From contig CAZZBF010000003.1 in the NCBI GenBank assembly GCA_964652795.1, positions 16,017 to 80,016 on the forward strand: a stretch of 64,000 nucleotides of DNA, read 5' to 3'. The DNA is from an uncultured Syntrophales bacterium. GTDB lineage: Bacteria > Desulfobacterota > Syntrophia > Syntrophales > JADFWA01. A model generated the notes under the pieces. It was not told where the DNA came from. It ran no database searches and saw only the letters and a list, made by a program, of their open reading frames with translations. Below, piece after piece: positions 22,167 through 32,809 of this stretch (position 1 is the stretch's first letter; each line of letters opens with the position of its first letter). The translations under genes and the position numbers were made by a program.

Positions 22167-22352
22167 ATGCCAAATCCAGTCAAAAGACATTCGAAAACAA
22201 GAAGAAATAAGAGAAGATCTCATGATTTTCTCACAAAACCAGCAACTTCTCTGTGCCCTCAGTGCAATGAGCCGAAGTTGCCACACCGTGCGTGTTCGCA
22301 CTGTGGTACTTATAAGGGGCGGGAAGTTTTACCCATCGAAAAGATTTCTTAA
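22167..22352 (+). CDS. rpmF: 50S ribosomal protein L32
   Basis: 61 aa with MPNPVKRHSKTRRNKRRSH and the zinc ribbon CPQC...CSHC. Confidence 0.97.
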   Translation: MPNPVKRHSKTRRNKRRSHDFLTKPATSLCPQCNEPKLPHRACSHCGTYKGREVLPIEKIS

Positions 22353-22381
22353 TAGATAGCAATAAAGCTTGAGAGGAAATC

Positions 22382-23326
22382 ATGCGTAAAGTAGGTCTTG
22401 TCTTCTCCGGACAGGGGGCACAATATGTCGGGATGGGTCGTGATTTACACAGTCATTTCCAGACGGTAAAGGATGTTTTTGCCGAAGCCCATAAAGTCCT
22501 CGGTTTTGATGTTGCCTCACTCTGCTTTGATGGTCCTCAGGAAGAACTAGATCTGACTGCAAACACGCAGATCACCGTTCTCGCGGTAAATATTGCGGCG
22601 TACAAAGTATTTGAAGAAAAGGTCGGGGTCAAACCGGTTGCGATGGCAGGTCTCAGCCTCGGGGAATATGGCGCACTCTATGCCGCAGAAGCTATTGATC
22701 TTGCCGATGTCCTGGAGCTTGTTTATGATAGGGGGAAATATCATGAGGAAGCAGTATCGACAGGGGCCGGTTGCATGGCCGCGATAATCGGTCTGAGCAG
22801 GAAACAGGTTGAGGCGATATGTGATGATATCAGTGAGGATGATTGCTTGGTTTCTACGGCAATTTTCAACACTCCTGAACAGATTGTAATCTCCGGTCAC
22901 TCGACTGCCGTTGAAAAAGCTATGACGAGGGCAAAAAACGATGGGGCAAAGAGGGTTGCCAAGTTATCTGTCAGTGTTCCCTGCCATTGCAGTCTATTGG
23001 ATAAAGCGGCCGATATGTTTGAAACAAGTCTACGCGGGGTCGAATTGAGAGATTGTGAAATCCCCGTTATTCCCAATTCCAATCCTGAAGTGTTCCATTC
23101 AAAGGATAATACCCGAGAGCTTTTAGTAAAACAGATTAACTCTCCTGTCAGATGGCAGGAAACGATAGAAAAAATGGTGGAAATGGGCAGGGTATCCAGA
23201 ATGGAGATTGGACATAAGAGAAGACTGTCCGGCATTATAAGAAAAATAGACAGGAATATAAATATATTGAATATTGAAGACACTATCTCTATCGAAAAAA
23301 CCGTAAATGTTTCTAACGGGCGATAG
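22382..23326 (+). CDS. fabD: malonyl-CoA:ACP transacylase
   Basis: 314 aa with FSGQGAQYVGMG and the active-site region AGLSLGEYGALYAA. Confidence 0.9.
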   Translation: MRKVGLVFSGQGAQYVGMGRDLHSHFQTVKDVFAEAHKVLGFDVASLCFDGPQEELDLTANTQITVLAVNIAAYKVFEEKVGVKPVAMAGLSLGEYGALYAAEAIDLADVLELVYDRGKYHEEAVSTGAGCMAAIIGLSRKQVEAICDDISEDDCLVSTAIFNTPEQIVISGHSTAVEKAMTRAKNDGAKRVAKLSVSVPCHCSLLDKAADMFETSLRGVELRDCEIPVIPNSNPEVFHSKDNTRELLVKQINSPVRWQETIEKMVEMGRVSRMEIGHKRRLSGIIRKIDRNINILNIEDTISIEKTVNVSNGR

Positions 23327-23535
23327 TTTTTAAATGAAATTATTGAATAGTATAACGAGCTGGTCACCGAAAGGCCAAAAGCGAATGACCGGGCAATAGC
23401 AGAAAAAGCCGGATAGCCGGTTCTTTTATTATTAGATCTTTAAAGAACCGTTTTTAAAGAGCTTTTATTATGTCCTTCCATATTAAGTTTGGAACCCGGT
23501 GTTCGAAAGGTAAAGAGCAACGTATCTGAAAACTT

Positions 23536-24006
23536 ATGAAGAACAGCAATATTCTCAGGATTATTATAGGTTCTGACCATGCCGGTTTTTCTCTCAAAGA
23601 AGCTGTAAAGGTATTTCTTGGCGAAATGGGTCTGGAGGTGCTGGATGTGGGTACATACAATGATAAATCGGTGGATTATCCGGACTTCGGCGCGAAGGTT
23701 GCCGAAAAAGTTTCTTCGGGAGAAGTTGCGAGGGGGATATTGGTATGTGGCTCAGGTGTCGGAATGACAATAGTTGCAAATAAATTTCCGAACGTGCGAG
23801 CAATACTATGTCTTGATAGTGATACAGCACGTATGAGCAGAAGACATAACGACACAAATGTTCTTGTCTTGGCCGGGAGGAGAACGGACATAGAAACAGC
23901 AAAAACCATTGTCAAAATATGGCTGGAAACTGAATTTGAGGGGGAACGACATAGCAGGCGGCTCAGTAAAATCAACAGCATAGAGAAACAATTACATGTA
24001 ACGTAA
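23536..24006 (+). CDS. rpiB: ribose-5-phosphate isomerase B
   Basis: 156 aa with IIGSDHAGFSLKE and LVCGSGVGMTIVANK. Confidence 0.93.
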   Translation: MKNSNILRIIIGSDHAGFSLKEAVKVFLGEMGLEVLDVGTYNDKSVDYPDFGAKVAEKVSSGEVARGILVCGSGVGMTIVANKFPNVRAILCLDSDTARMSRRHNDTNVLVLAGRRTDIETAKTIVKIWLETEFEGERHSRRLSKINSIEKQLHVT

Positions 24007-24142
24007 GTATTGCATCTCCCCGCAGCGGACTTTGAAGAATGTGTCGGCCGATTGGGAAGCTTGAGGAAATCTGAAATATAAGATATTAAAATTTGTTTAT
24101 GGTATTAATAATAAACTTATCATGGGAGGAAAAATATTTAAA

Positions 24143-25387
24143 ATGTCTATTTTAGAGAAGACTGACCCGGAAATTTTCAAGGCGATATTAGAAGAAACAA
24201 AACGGCAGGCGGGAAAACTTGAGTTGATTGCGTCGGAGAACTTTGCCAGTGAGGCTGTGCTGGAGGCCCAGGGTTGCGTAATGACTAACAAATATGCGGA
24301 AGGTTACCCGGGAAAGAGATACTACGGGGGTTGTGAATTCGTCGATATCGCGGAGTCCCTTGCTATAGAGCGGGCAAAAAAGCTTTTTGGTTCTGATCAT
24401 GTTAATGTTCAGCCGCACTCAGGAACCCAGGCAAATATGGCGGTGTATTTTTCGGTGCTCCAGCCCGGGGACACAATTTTAGGTATGAATCTCTCTCATG
24501 GTGGGCATCTCTCACATGGAAGTCCGGTAAACTTTTCCGGAAGACTATATAATGTCGTTTCCTACGGTGTGGACAAGGAAACAGAGACAATAGATTTCAG
24601 TGAAGTAGAGGCTCAGGCTAAAAAACACAAGCCAAAGATAATCGTGGTGGGGGCGAGCGCCTATCCAAGAACTATAGACTTTAAATCCTTCAGGGAAATA
24701 GCGGATAAGGTGGGAGCGGTTGTCATGGCGGATATTGCACACATTGCGGGTCTTGTGGCAACGGGCATTCATCCTACACCCGTTCCTGTCTGTGAATTTG
24801 TGACGACAACTACCCACAAGACACTGCGGGGTCCGAGGGGAGGACTTATTATGTGCAAGGAGGATTTTGCCAAAGTCATGAATAGTCGTGTATTTCCCGG
24901 AAGCCAGGGAGGTCCCCTTATGCATATTATTGCCGCCAAGGCGGTGGCATTAAAAGAAGCATTGACTGATGAATTCAAAGTTTATCAGGCACAGATTGTA
25001 AAGAACGCAAAGGCCATGGCAGATGAGTTAAAATCTCTTGGATTTCGCCTCGTTTCCGGAGGAACAGATAATCACCTCTTTTTGATTGATCTTACAGATA
25101 AAGGGATTACCGGAAAAGATGCGGATGAAGCTCTTGACAGGGCCGGCATAACAGTTAACAAAAACACCATACCCTTTGATACAAAGGGGCCGCAGATTAC
25201 CAGTGGAATAAGAATTGGGACGCCTGCTGTTACAACGAGAGGAATGAAAGAAGGGGAAATGAAAATCGTTGCCGGCTTAATTTCCGATATTCTCAAGGAT
25301 GTCAGTAACGAAAAACGTGGTGCGGAAGTAAGGGAAGAGGTCAGGTCTCTCTGCGAAAAGTTTCCTCTTTACAGTGATAGAATTTAA
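24143..25387 (+). CDS. glyA: serine hydroxymethyltransferase
   Basis: It has the PLP-Lys motif [14 protein letters not shown] and the N-terminus [27 protein letters not shown]. The track start ATG 24122 adds 7 residues and is the alternative. Confidence 0.96.
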   Translation: MSILEKTDPEIFKAILEETKRQAGKLELIASENFASEAVLEAQGCVMTNKYAEGYPGKRYYGGCEFVDIAESLAIERAKKLFGSDHVNVQPHSGTQANMAVYFSVLQPGDTILGMNLSHGGHLSHGSPVNFSGRLYNVVSYGVDKETETIDFSEVEAQAKKHKPKIIVVGASAYPRTIDFKSFREIADKVGAVVMADIAHIAGLVATGIHPTPVPVCEFVTTTTHKTLRGPRGGLIMCKEDFAKVMNSRVFPGSQGGPLMHIIAAKAVALKEALTDEFKVYQAQIVKNAKAMADELKSLGFRLVSGGTDNHLFLIDLTDKGITGKDADEALDRAGITVNKNTIPFDTKGPQITSGIRIGTPAVTTRGMKEGEMKIVAGLISDILKDVSNEKRGAEVREEVRSLCEKFPLYSDRI

Positions 25388-25436
25388 AACACAAGGGTAC
25401 TGCAAAGGGTAGAGGGAATCTGAGGAAATAAAATCA

Positions 25437-25961
25437 ATGGTTATAAAACCTGAAAACCGAAGCATAAAACTTGAAACTCAGACCGAGCGGCCGGATTGGG
25501 ATGAATATTTTATGGACATAGTGGAGCTCGTGTCGAGGCGCTCCACATGTTTGCGGCGTCACGTGGGGGCCGTTTTAGTAAAGGATAAGAGGATACTTGC
25601 TTCGGGGTATAATGGTGCGCCGACAGGGGTTCGCCATTGTGCGGAGACAGGTTGTTTAAGGGAACAATTGGAAGTTCCCTCCGGCGAGCGGCATGAACTT
25701 TGCCGTGGATTACATGCGGAACAGAATGCGATCATTCAGGCCGCCCTTCATGGAGTAAGCACTAAAAATGCTGTAATTTACTGCACAAATCATCCCTGTG
25801 TAATATGTTCAAAGATGATAATAAACGCGGGTATAATAGGTATTATTTATCGGGAAGGTTATAGTGATAAGCTGGCGGGGGAGATGTTGAAGGAGGCTGG
25901 CATCAAGGTATCAAAATATGAAGTGTCCTTTTTGCGCGAATGCAGAAAACAGGGTTATTGA
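25437..25961 (+). CDS. dCMP deaminase / ComEB-type cytidine-deoxycytidylate deaminase
   Basis: 174 aa with zinc-binding motifs HAEQNAI and PCVICSKMI. It overlaps the nrdR start by 44 nt. Confidence 0.85.
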   Translation: MVIKPENRSIKLETQTERPDWDEYFMDIVELVSRRSTCLRRHVGAVLVKDKRILASGYNGAPTGVRHCAETGCLREQLEVPSGERHELCRGLHAEQNAIIQAALHGVSTKNAVIYCTNHPCVICSKMIINAGIIGIIYREGYSDKLAGEMLKEAGIKVSKYEVSFLRECRKQGY

Positions 25962-26388
25962 TTCTCGAATAAGCAAGGATGGTAACGCCATCCGGAGGAG
26001 AAGGGAGTGTCTTGCCTGTGAGAAAAGATTTACTACCTATGAGTTTGTAGAGGAAAGTCTCCCTGTGGTGGTACAAAAGGACGGCAGAAGAGAAACTTTC
26101 GATAGAGGAAAGATTTTTTCCGGTATAAAGAAAGCTTGTGAAAAACGTCCCATCAGTATTAATGTTATCGAAAATATGGTTGAGAGGATCGAGCAGCTCT
26201 GTCAGGATTTTCCTGCTAAAGAAATTCCTTCGTCTATTATAGGAGAAGAAGTTATGGCCGGCCTTCACAAAATTGATGGAGTTGCCTATGTGAGATTTGC
26301 TTCTGTTTACAGGCAGTTTAGGGACGTAAGCGAGTTTTTGGACGAACTAAAGGATCTTTTGAGCACGAAAGATAAAAAGGATAAATAG
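25918..26388 (+). CDS. nrdR: transcriptional repressor NrdR
   Basis: 156 aa with [17 protein letters not shown]...[12 protein letters not shown] (zinc ribbon) followed by an ATP-cone. Confidence 0.96.
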   Translation: MKCPFCANAENRVIDSRISKDGNAIRRRRECLACEKRFTTYEFVEESLPVVVQKDGRRETFDRGKIFSGIKKACEKRPISINVIENMVERIEQLCQDFPAKEIPSSIIGEEVMAGLHKIDGVAYVRFASVYRQFRDVSEFLDELKDLLSTKDKKDK

Positions 26389-26512
26389 ACCGCTGTCGAT
26401 TAAAGTTAACAGCTTTAGGAACAAGGGTGCGTTGTTCCAAATATGAGAACCAAACTAAAGTCTTAGCTTAAGGACGAGGATTTTACTCGAAATATCCGGA
26501 TAGGATGATATA

Positions 26513-27160
26513 ATGTTTACCGGTATAATAGAAGAAATGGGAATTGTCAGCAGGGTGACTAAGAAGGGAGAAGATGTTCTTCTGGAGATAGATACCTTAA
26601 TGAGCCTTGGTGATGTTAAGATTGGAGATAGTATTTCGGTCAGCGGAGCGTGTCTCACGGTTACTAACAAAACCGGTAATAGTTTTGCCGTTGATGTTTC
26701 GGCGGAAACGTTGTCAAAAACAACACTCAAAAAGTTGAAAAAAGGTGACCGAACAAACCTGGAGAAGTCTTTAAGTATGAACGGGCTTTTAGGTGGGCAT
26801 ATCGTTCTGGGACATGTTGACTGTGTTGGAAAGATCTGCGAAAAGAGCGTAAAATCAAATTCCTTGATATTCGGTGTTGAGATAGATTCGGTGTTTAATA
26901 AATATCTGGTGGAAAAAGGGTCGGTAACCGTTGATGGGATCAGCCTTACGGTAAACAGGTGTGAAAGAAACAGATTTTATGTTAATATAGTTCCCCACAC
27001 TGCCCGTGTTACAACACTGGGGTTTAAAATGATTGGCGATCAGGTGAACATAGAGACGGATATATTAGGGAAATATGTGGAAAAACTTTTGCATCGCAAT
27101 GAAGGAATTGATATGACATTTTTGGTAGAACATGGATTTGTGCAGGAGGAAAAAGGATAA
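26513..27160 (+). CDS. ribE: riboflavin synthase alpha chain
   Basis: 215 aa with the MFTGIIEEMG N-terminus and duplicated barrel repeats (GDSISVSGACLTV / GSVTVDGISLTV). Confidence 0.95.
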   Translation: MFTGIIEEMGIVSRVTKKGEDVLLEIDTLMSLGDVKIGDSISVSGACLTVTNKTGNSFAVDVSAETLSKTTLKKLKKGDRTNLEKSLSMNGLLGGHIVLGHVDCVGKICEKSVKSNSLIFGVEIDSVFNKYLVEKGSVTVDGISLTVNRCERNRFYVNIVPHTARVTTLGFKMIGDQVNIETDILGKYVEKLLHRNEGIDMTFLVEHGFVQEEKG

Positions 27161-27161
27161 A

Positions 27162-28364
27162 ATGAGCATTAGCATGATTGAAGAAGCCATTGAAGATATT
27201 AAAAATGGCAAAATGATTATCCTGGTGGATGATGAAGATAGAGAAAACGAGGGTGATCTATGTATATCCGCGGAGCATATTACTCCGGAGGCAATTAACT
27301 TTATGGCAAAGTATGGCAGGGGATTAATATGTCTTTCCCTTGATAACGAAATAGCAGACAGACTGAATCTTCCCTTAATGGTGAGGGACAACACGTCTCG
27401 TTTCCAGACTGCTTTCACGGTGTCCATTGAAGCCAGGCGTGGTGTTACTACTGGTATTTCTGCGGCCGATAGGGCAACTACGATACTGACAGCTGTTGCC
27501 GATGGTTCTACTCCGGATGATATTGTGAGCCCGGGGCATGTATTTCCTCTCCGTGCCAAGACAGGGGGTGTACTTGTGAGAACCGGCCAGACTGAAGGTT
27601 CTGTTGACCTTGCGCGGCTGTCCGGACTGAAACCTACCGGTGTTATTTGTGAGATTATGAATGAAGACGGCACCATGGCGAGGATGCCCGATCTGGAAGT
27701 CTTTGCGGAAAAACACGGATTAAAAATAGTAACGATTGCTGATTTAATCAACTTCAGGTTACAAAATGAATCCCTTGTTAGAAGAGTTGCGACTGCTGTT
27801 CTTCCAACCAGATATGGGGGCGAGTTTAATTTAATAGTTTATGAAAATGATGTTGATAACTTGAAACATGTTGCTCTGATTAAAGGTGATATCAAACCGG
27901 AGGATGAAGTTCTGGTGAGGGTCCATTCTGAGTGCCTGACAGGAGATGTCTTCGGTTCAGAGAGATGTGACTGTGGTGATCAGCTTCATGTTGCCATGGA
28001 AATGGTGGGGAAAGAGGGCAAAGGGATCATTGTATATATGCATCAGGAAGGAAGAGGCATCGGTCTGGTAAATAAGATAAGGGCCTATCATTTGCAGGAA
28101 CTGGGGAGAGACACCGTTGATGCAAATCTTGAACTTGGATTTAAGGAAGATCTGAGAGATTACGGATTAGGTGCTCAGATACTCGTTGACTTGGGTGTCA
28201 AAAAGATGAGATTGATAACGAATAATCCCAAAAAGATTGTCGGGCTTGAAGGTTACGGTGTTACGGTCATCGAAAGGGTTCCTTTAGAAATCAAGCCCGG
28301 TAAGAATAACGTCCGTTATCTCATGACGAAAAAAGAGAGGATGGGACACCTGCTGGATATATAA
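27162..28364 (+). CDS. ribBA: bifunctional 3,4-dihydroxy-2-butanone-4-phosphate synthase / GTP cyclohydrolase II
   Basis: ATG 27162 lies 1 nt after the ribE stop. It has DDEDRENEGDL (DHBPS) and HSECLTGDVFGSERCDCG (GCH II zinc site). The track start 27132 overlaps ribE. Confidence 0.96.
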   Translation: MSISMIEEAIEDIKNGKMIILVDDEDRENEGDLCISAEHITPEAINFMAKYGRGLICLSLDNEIADRLNLPLMVRDNTSRFQTAFTVSIEARRGVTTGISAADRATTILTAVADGSTPDDIVSPGHVFPLRAKTGGVLVRTGQTEGSVDLARLSGLKPTGVICEIMNEDGTMARMPDLEVFAEKHGLKIVTIADLINFRLQNESLVRRVATAVLPTRYGGEFNLIVYENDVDNLKHVALIKGDIKPEDEVLVRVHSECLTGDVFGSERCDCGDQLHVAMEMVGKEGKGIIVYMHQEGRGIGLVNKIRAYHLQELGRDTVDANLELGFKEDLRDYGLGAQILVDLGVKKMRLITNNPKKIVGLEGYGVTVIERVPLEIKPGKNNVRYLMTKKERMGHLLDI

Positions 28365-28483
28365 AAAATAAGTCAGAAGCCAGAATTCAAAATTCAGAAG
28401 GGAATCGGAATATGATTGTTTGTAATCTTTTTATGCTGATTCCTTACTACTGAATCCTATTTTCACAAAGGAAAAATGGAGAA

Positions 28484-28954
28484 ATGGTGATGTCAAAAAT
28501 TATCGAAGGAAAAATTGTTGCAAAGGGTATGAAATTTGGTTTGGTTGCCAGCCGTTTTAATGATTTCATTTGTGAGAGGCTTATCGGTGGTGCCGAAGAT
28601 GCCCTTAAAAGGGCTGGAGCGGATGAAAAAGATATACATATTGTAAAAGTTCCCGGAGCTTTTGAAATACCGCTGACAGCCAAGAAACTCGCAAAGAGCG
28701 GTAAATTTGATGCCGTTATATGTCTTGGTGCCGTTATAAGGGGAGCCACTCCTCATTTTGAGTACATTAGTGCCGAGGTTTCAAAGGGAATTGCCGTTGC
28801 GGCACTAGAGACCGAAATCCCAATAGCCTTTGGTGTGATTACCGCGGATACAATTGAACAGGCCATAGAAAGAGCAGGTTCAAAATCCGGTAACAAGGGA
28901 TGGGATGCCGCAATCTCCGCTATAGAAATGGTCGATCTTTTCAGGAAATTATAG
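28484..28954 (+). CDS. ribH: 6,7-dimethyl-8-ribityllumazine synthase
   Basis: 156 aa with [11 protein letters not shown] and [14 protein letters not shown]. Confidence 0.96.
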   Translation: MVMSKIIEGKIVAKGMKFGLVASRFNDFICERLIGGAEDALKRAGADEKDIHIVKVPGAFEIPLTAKKLAKSGKFDAVICLGAVIRGATPHFEYISAEVSKGIAVAALETEIPIAFGVITADTIEQAIERAGSKSGNKGWDAAISAIEMVDLFRKL

Positions 28955-28980
28955 GAACTCACATATATTTAGGAAGATTA

Positions 28981-29400
28981 ATGGGTCGCAGGAGAAAGGC
29001 AAGAGAGATTGCCTTACAGGTTCTTTATCAGATTGATGTTTTAAAAATTGATGCCAAAGAAGCTATCCAGCTTTTCCGGGACAATTTTGAAGTGTCCGAA
29101 GAAGCAAGTGAATTCTCTTCCAGGTTAATAGAGGGTACGTGGAATCACAGAGAAGGGATAGACAAGCTCATTGACAGTTGTTCGGAAAACTGGTCTCTCG
29201 GAAGAATGGCAAAGGTGGATAAGAATATACTCCGAATGGCCGCATATGAGCTTTTGTACTGCCGTGATATTCCGTACAAGGTGACCCTTAATGAGGCAAT
29301 AGATCTTGGGAAGAATTATGGTTCGGAGAATTCAGGTTCTTTTATAAACGGTATTCTGGATGCCTTGTACTTAAGGTTGCAAAGGGAAAATGCAGATTAG
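28981..29400 (+). CDS. nusB: transcription antitermination factor NusB
   Basis: ATG 28981 gives MGRRRKAREIALQVLYQ. The track start at 28900 overlaps ribH in another frame. This is the typical ribH-nusB order. Confidence 0.93.
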   Translation: MGRRRKAREIALQVLYQIDVLKIDAKEAIQLFRDNFEVSEEASEFSSRLIEGTWNHREGIDKLIDSCSENWSLGRMAKVDKNILRMAAYELLYCRDIPYKVTLNEAIDLGKNYGSENSGSFINGILDALYLRLQRENAD

Positions 29401-29947
29401 AATATCGACAAAACCACTGGATATTATCAAGCATGAAAGTCTGGTTCTTGGATTCTTTTCTGACGAAAGACCGCCCAGAGGTTACTGTGGCCTTGTTGAT
29501 TGGCGTCTCAACGGCATGATTTCAACAAAGATTGCGAATGGTAAAATTACCGGCATCTTCATGGAAAAAGTTCTTATTGCCCCTCATCAACGAATCCCCT
29601 CTTCAAAAGTGTTGCTTTTTGGTTTAGGCCAAGCAACTGAACTAACCTATGATACGTTATATACGGCAGGATATGATATTTCTCAAACAATCACAAAAAT
29701 AAATTGCGTTGACTTTGCCTTTGACATCCCGGCCATAGGCAGGTGCAATCTGGAAGTACCGCTAATGACAGAGGCCATGATTACGGGATGCTTTGATTAT
29801 CTTTTTAAAAATATCGCGAGATGGAGTTCAGTTTCACCCTGTGTGCTGGGTGATGACTCCTGTCTTGACGAGATTGTTCTTGGCTTGCACAAGTTTAAGG
29901 TAAGTGTCAAGGAGAAGGTTAAGATTAACATTTCAGATTTAATATAA
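29390..29947 (+). CDS. hypothetical protein (possibly M17 aminopeptidase N-terminal-like domain)
   Basis: 185-aa ORF that overlaps the nusB stop by 11 nt. I see no catalytic motif, and the family assignment is from memory only. Confidence 0.4.
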   Translation: MQIRISTKPLDIIKHESLVLGFFSDERPPRGYCGLVDWRLNGMISTKIANGKITGIFMEKVLIAPHQRIPSSKVLLFGLGQATELTYDTLYTAGYDISQTITKINCVDFAFDIPAIGRCNLEVPLMTEAMITGCFDYLFKNIARWSSVSPCVLGDDSCLDEIVLGLHKFKVSVKEKVKINISDLI

Positions 29948-29993
29948 AAAATCAAATGTCACCATCTGATACCTTACTGGAGGATGCGCAAAG

Positions 29994-31361
29994 GTGAAAA
30001 TAATAATAATAGGAGCAGGCGAGGTAGGTTATAACATAGCGGATATCCTTTCAAAAGAGGGCAATGATGTTGTCATTGTGGATAAAAATGAAAAACAGTT
30101 AAAGATGGTTTCTGAAAGCCTGGATGTACAGGCGGTATCGGGTAGCGGAAGCAGTCCTCATGTTTTGAAAGAGGCTGGTCTTGATCGTTCTGATATGATT
30201 CTTGCCGTAACCGATAGTGATGAAATAAATATGATAGCCTGTCTGCTTGCTGCTACGCAATCGAATGTGCCTCTCAAAATAGCCAGGATAAGAAGCCCTG
30301 AACTAAACGAAAACCATGAGCTCTTCGACAAAAACCATCTTAATATAGACCTTTGCATAAATCCGGAGCGTGAAGCGGTTAAAAATGCCGTGAATCTAAT
30401 GGAGTTTCCCGGTGCTTCAGAGATCATCGATTTTGCCGGAGGTCGCATCAGGCTTGTAGGGTTAAATATTGATGGCGATAGTGTTGTAATAGGGAAGAAA
30501 CTGAGTAAAATTAGAGAACTGAGCGGTGGGAAAAAAGTTTTGATTGTATCTATTACTCGTGGCGACAAGTTGATTGTGCCGACCGGTAATTCTGTTATTC
30601 AGGAGAACGATTATCTGTTTGCCGTGGCGGAATCGACTGAAGTAAGGGATGTGCTTGATTTTTTCGGGAAAGGTTCCGATCCTCCCAAAAGAATTATAAT
30701 AATGGGGGGAGGAATCACAGGTCTTATGCTGTCCGAACTTCTTGAGAAGAGAGGTATTTCCACCAAGATTATCGAAAAAAGACAGGACAGATGTGAAATC
30801 CTGGCGTCCCAATTAAATAAGACCGTTTGCCTTCAAGGTGATGGAACAAGCCAGGAACTGCTCAGGGAAGAGAACATTCAGGATACAGATTATTTTATTG
30901 CGGTGACAAATGATGAAGAAGCGAATATTTTGGGTGCCCTTCTGGCAAAGCAGCTCGGAGCGAAAAAGGTAATATCTCTTATAAGCAGGGCGGATTACGT
31001 TCATCTTATTTCGACAATTGGAATAGATGGTGTTATAAATCCGAGACATGCCGCAATCGGCAAGATATTGCACCACATAAGAAAGGGAAAGATTATTTCG
31101 GCCGCACCCCTGTACGATGACAGGGCGGAAATCTTTGAAGTTGTGGCATTGGAGACGTCGGAAATAACGAATAAACCCTTAAAAGATATCAAATTTCCCA
31201 AGGGAACGATAGTAGGCGCCATCATGCGAGAAAATGAAGTTATCATTCCAGGCGGCGACTCCGTTGTTCTTCCGGGAGACCATGTTGTGATTTTTACCCT
31301 CCGCAGCGCGATTCCGCAGGTGGAAAAGACCTTGACAGTCAAACTGGATTATTTTGAATGA
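29994..31361 (+). CDS. trkA: Trk potassium uptake system NAD-binding subunit TrkA
   Basis: 455 aa with a GTG start and two Rossmann motifs, IIIIGAGEVG and IIIMGGGITG, each followed by an RCK-C-like segment. Confidence 0.93.
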   Translation: MKIIIIGAGEVGYNIADILSKEGNDVVIVDKNEKQLKMVSESLDVQAVSGSGSSPHVLKEAGLDRSDMILAVTDSDEINMIACLLAATQSNVPLKIARIRSPELNENHELFDKNHLNIDLCINPEREAVKNAVNLMEFPGASEIIDFAGGRIRLVGLNIDGDSVVIGKKLSKIRELSGGKKVLIVSITRGDKLIVPTGNSVIQENDYLFAVAESTEVRDVLDFFGKGSDPPKRIIIMGGGITGLMLSELLEKRGISTKIIEKRQDRCEILASQLNKTVCLQGDGTSQELLREENIQDTDYFIAVTNDEEANILGALLAKQLGAKKVISLISRADYVHLISTIGIDGVINPRHAAIGKILHHIRKGKIISAAPLYDDRAEIFEVVALETSEITNKPLKDIKFPKGTIVGAIMRENEVIIPGGDSVVLPGDHVVIFTLRSAIPQVEKTLTVKLDYFE

Positions 31362-32809
31362 AGATCGAGAACATCTTCCATATCTTAGGGGCATTTCTTT
31401 TCTTTTTTGGTCTTGCCATGCTCCTTCCCATAGGCTGGTCTGTTTATTTCGGAGAGGGAGACTTCAAGACTCTTATCTTATCCCTGCTGGTGACATCCGC
31501 GACAGGTTCCTTTTTTTATGTTATCTTCAAGCCTATTGAGGAAAGAATATCTTTAACCCACAAGGAAGGTTTTGTAATAGTAGCTGGCGGATGGATACTT
31601 GCCGCCGCGTTTGGCTCTCTTCCCTATCTTATATATGGGGTCTTCCCTACGTTTACCGACGCGTTTTTCGAATCAATGTCCGGGTTTACGACTACCGGGG
31701 CAACGGTTATCACAAGTATAGCGGATATTCCACACGGCATACTTTTGTGGCGTTCTTTTACCCAGTGGCTGGGCGGCATGGGCATTATTATACTATCAAT
31801 TACCATTCTTCCTTTTCTCGGTGTAGGTGGAATGCAACTATATAAAGCGGAACTGCCCAGTCCGGTAAAGGACAAGCTTAAACCACGCATCATAGAAACG
31901 GCCAGGATTCTCTGGATCGTTTATTTTATTATCTCAACAGTTGAATTTATTCTGCTTCTTTTCGGGGGGATGAGTGTTTTTGATTCCATGTGCCATACTT
32001 TTACCACAATGGCTACAGGAGGTTTCTCTACAAGTGATGCCAGTATAGCCTCTTTCCACAGTGCGTACATAGACGCTGTGATTACCGTATTTATGCTTAT
32101 GGCCGGGATCAACTTTTCTCTTCACTACAGCGTTCTGACAGGAAACTTTAAGGAGGTCTTTAAAAACAGCGAACTTCGCTTCTTTCTTATAGTCGCATTT
32201 ATTGCAACGATTATAGTAACGCTCAACCTGCGCGTGAGTCTCTTTGACGAAACGGCAAAGGCTTTTCGCTATGCCTCCTTCCAGGTGGTTTCCATATTTA
32301 CCACAACAGGTTATACAACGGACAATTTTGCCGGCTGGCCCGCGCTCTCCAAGATTATATTACTTCTATTGATGTTTGTAGGTGGATCAGCAGGTTCCAC
32401 CGGTGGAAGCATAAAGTGTCTCAGAATACTCCTCATAATAAAACACAGTTATAAGGAACTATACAGGCTTATACATCCTCATGCGGTGACCACGGTAAAG
32501 CTTGGTAAAAACAAAGTATCTGCGGAAGTGATGGGAAGCATCTGGGGCTTTTTCATCCTGTATCTTTCGTTGACAGTTGTTGCCGCCCTGATTATGTCTT
32601 CATTAGGGTTGGATATGATGACGGCCTTTTCATCGGTTGCCGCGACCATCGGCAATGTGGGGCCTGGATTCGGGATGGTGGGTCCTGTTTCGACTTATAG
32701 TGAAATTCCCTGCCTTGGAAAGTGGGTTCTGTCGTTCTGTATGTTGGTCGGACGGCTTGAGATTTATACCGTTATTGTCCTTCTGGTCCCGGAGTTCTGG
32801 AAAAAGTAG
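31358..32809 (+). CDS. trkH: Trk potassium uptake system membrane subunit TrkH
   Basis: 483 aa and polytopic. It has repeated selectivity-filter-like motifs (TTTGAT, TMATGGFST, TTTGYT) and a 4-nt ATGA overlap with trkA. Confidence 0.93.
   Translation: MKIENIFHILGAFLFFFGLAMLLPIGWSVYFGEGDFKTLILSLLVTSATGSFFYVIFKPIEERISLTHKEGFVIVAGGWILAAAFGSLPYLIYGVFPTFTDAFFESMSGFTTTGATVITSIADIPHGILLWRSFTQWLGGMGIIILSITILPFLGVGGMQLYKAELPSPVKDKLKPRIIETARILWIVYFIISTVEFILLLFGGMSVFDSMCHTFTTMATGGFSTSDASIASFHSAYIDAVITVFMLMAGINFSLHYSVLTGNFKEVFKNSELRFFLIVAFIATIIVTLNLRVSLFDETAKAFRYASFQVVSIFTTTGYTTDNFAGWPALSKIILLLLMFVGGSAGSTGGSIKCLRILLIIKHSYKELYRLIHPHAVTTVKLGKNKVSAEVMGSIWGFFILYLSLTVVAALIMSSLGLDMMTAFSSVAATIGNVGPGFGMVGPVSTYSEIPCLGKWVLSFCMLVGRLEIYTVIVLLVPEFWKK

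Noticed and set aside
22382-23326. fabD active site reads GLSLGE instead of the usual GHSLGE, so it could be an inactive paralogue.
   Set aside because: The catalytic Ser and surrounding motif are intact, the rest of the protein aligns as FabD, and the His-to-Leu variant alone is insufficient evidence.
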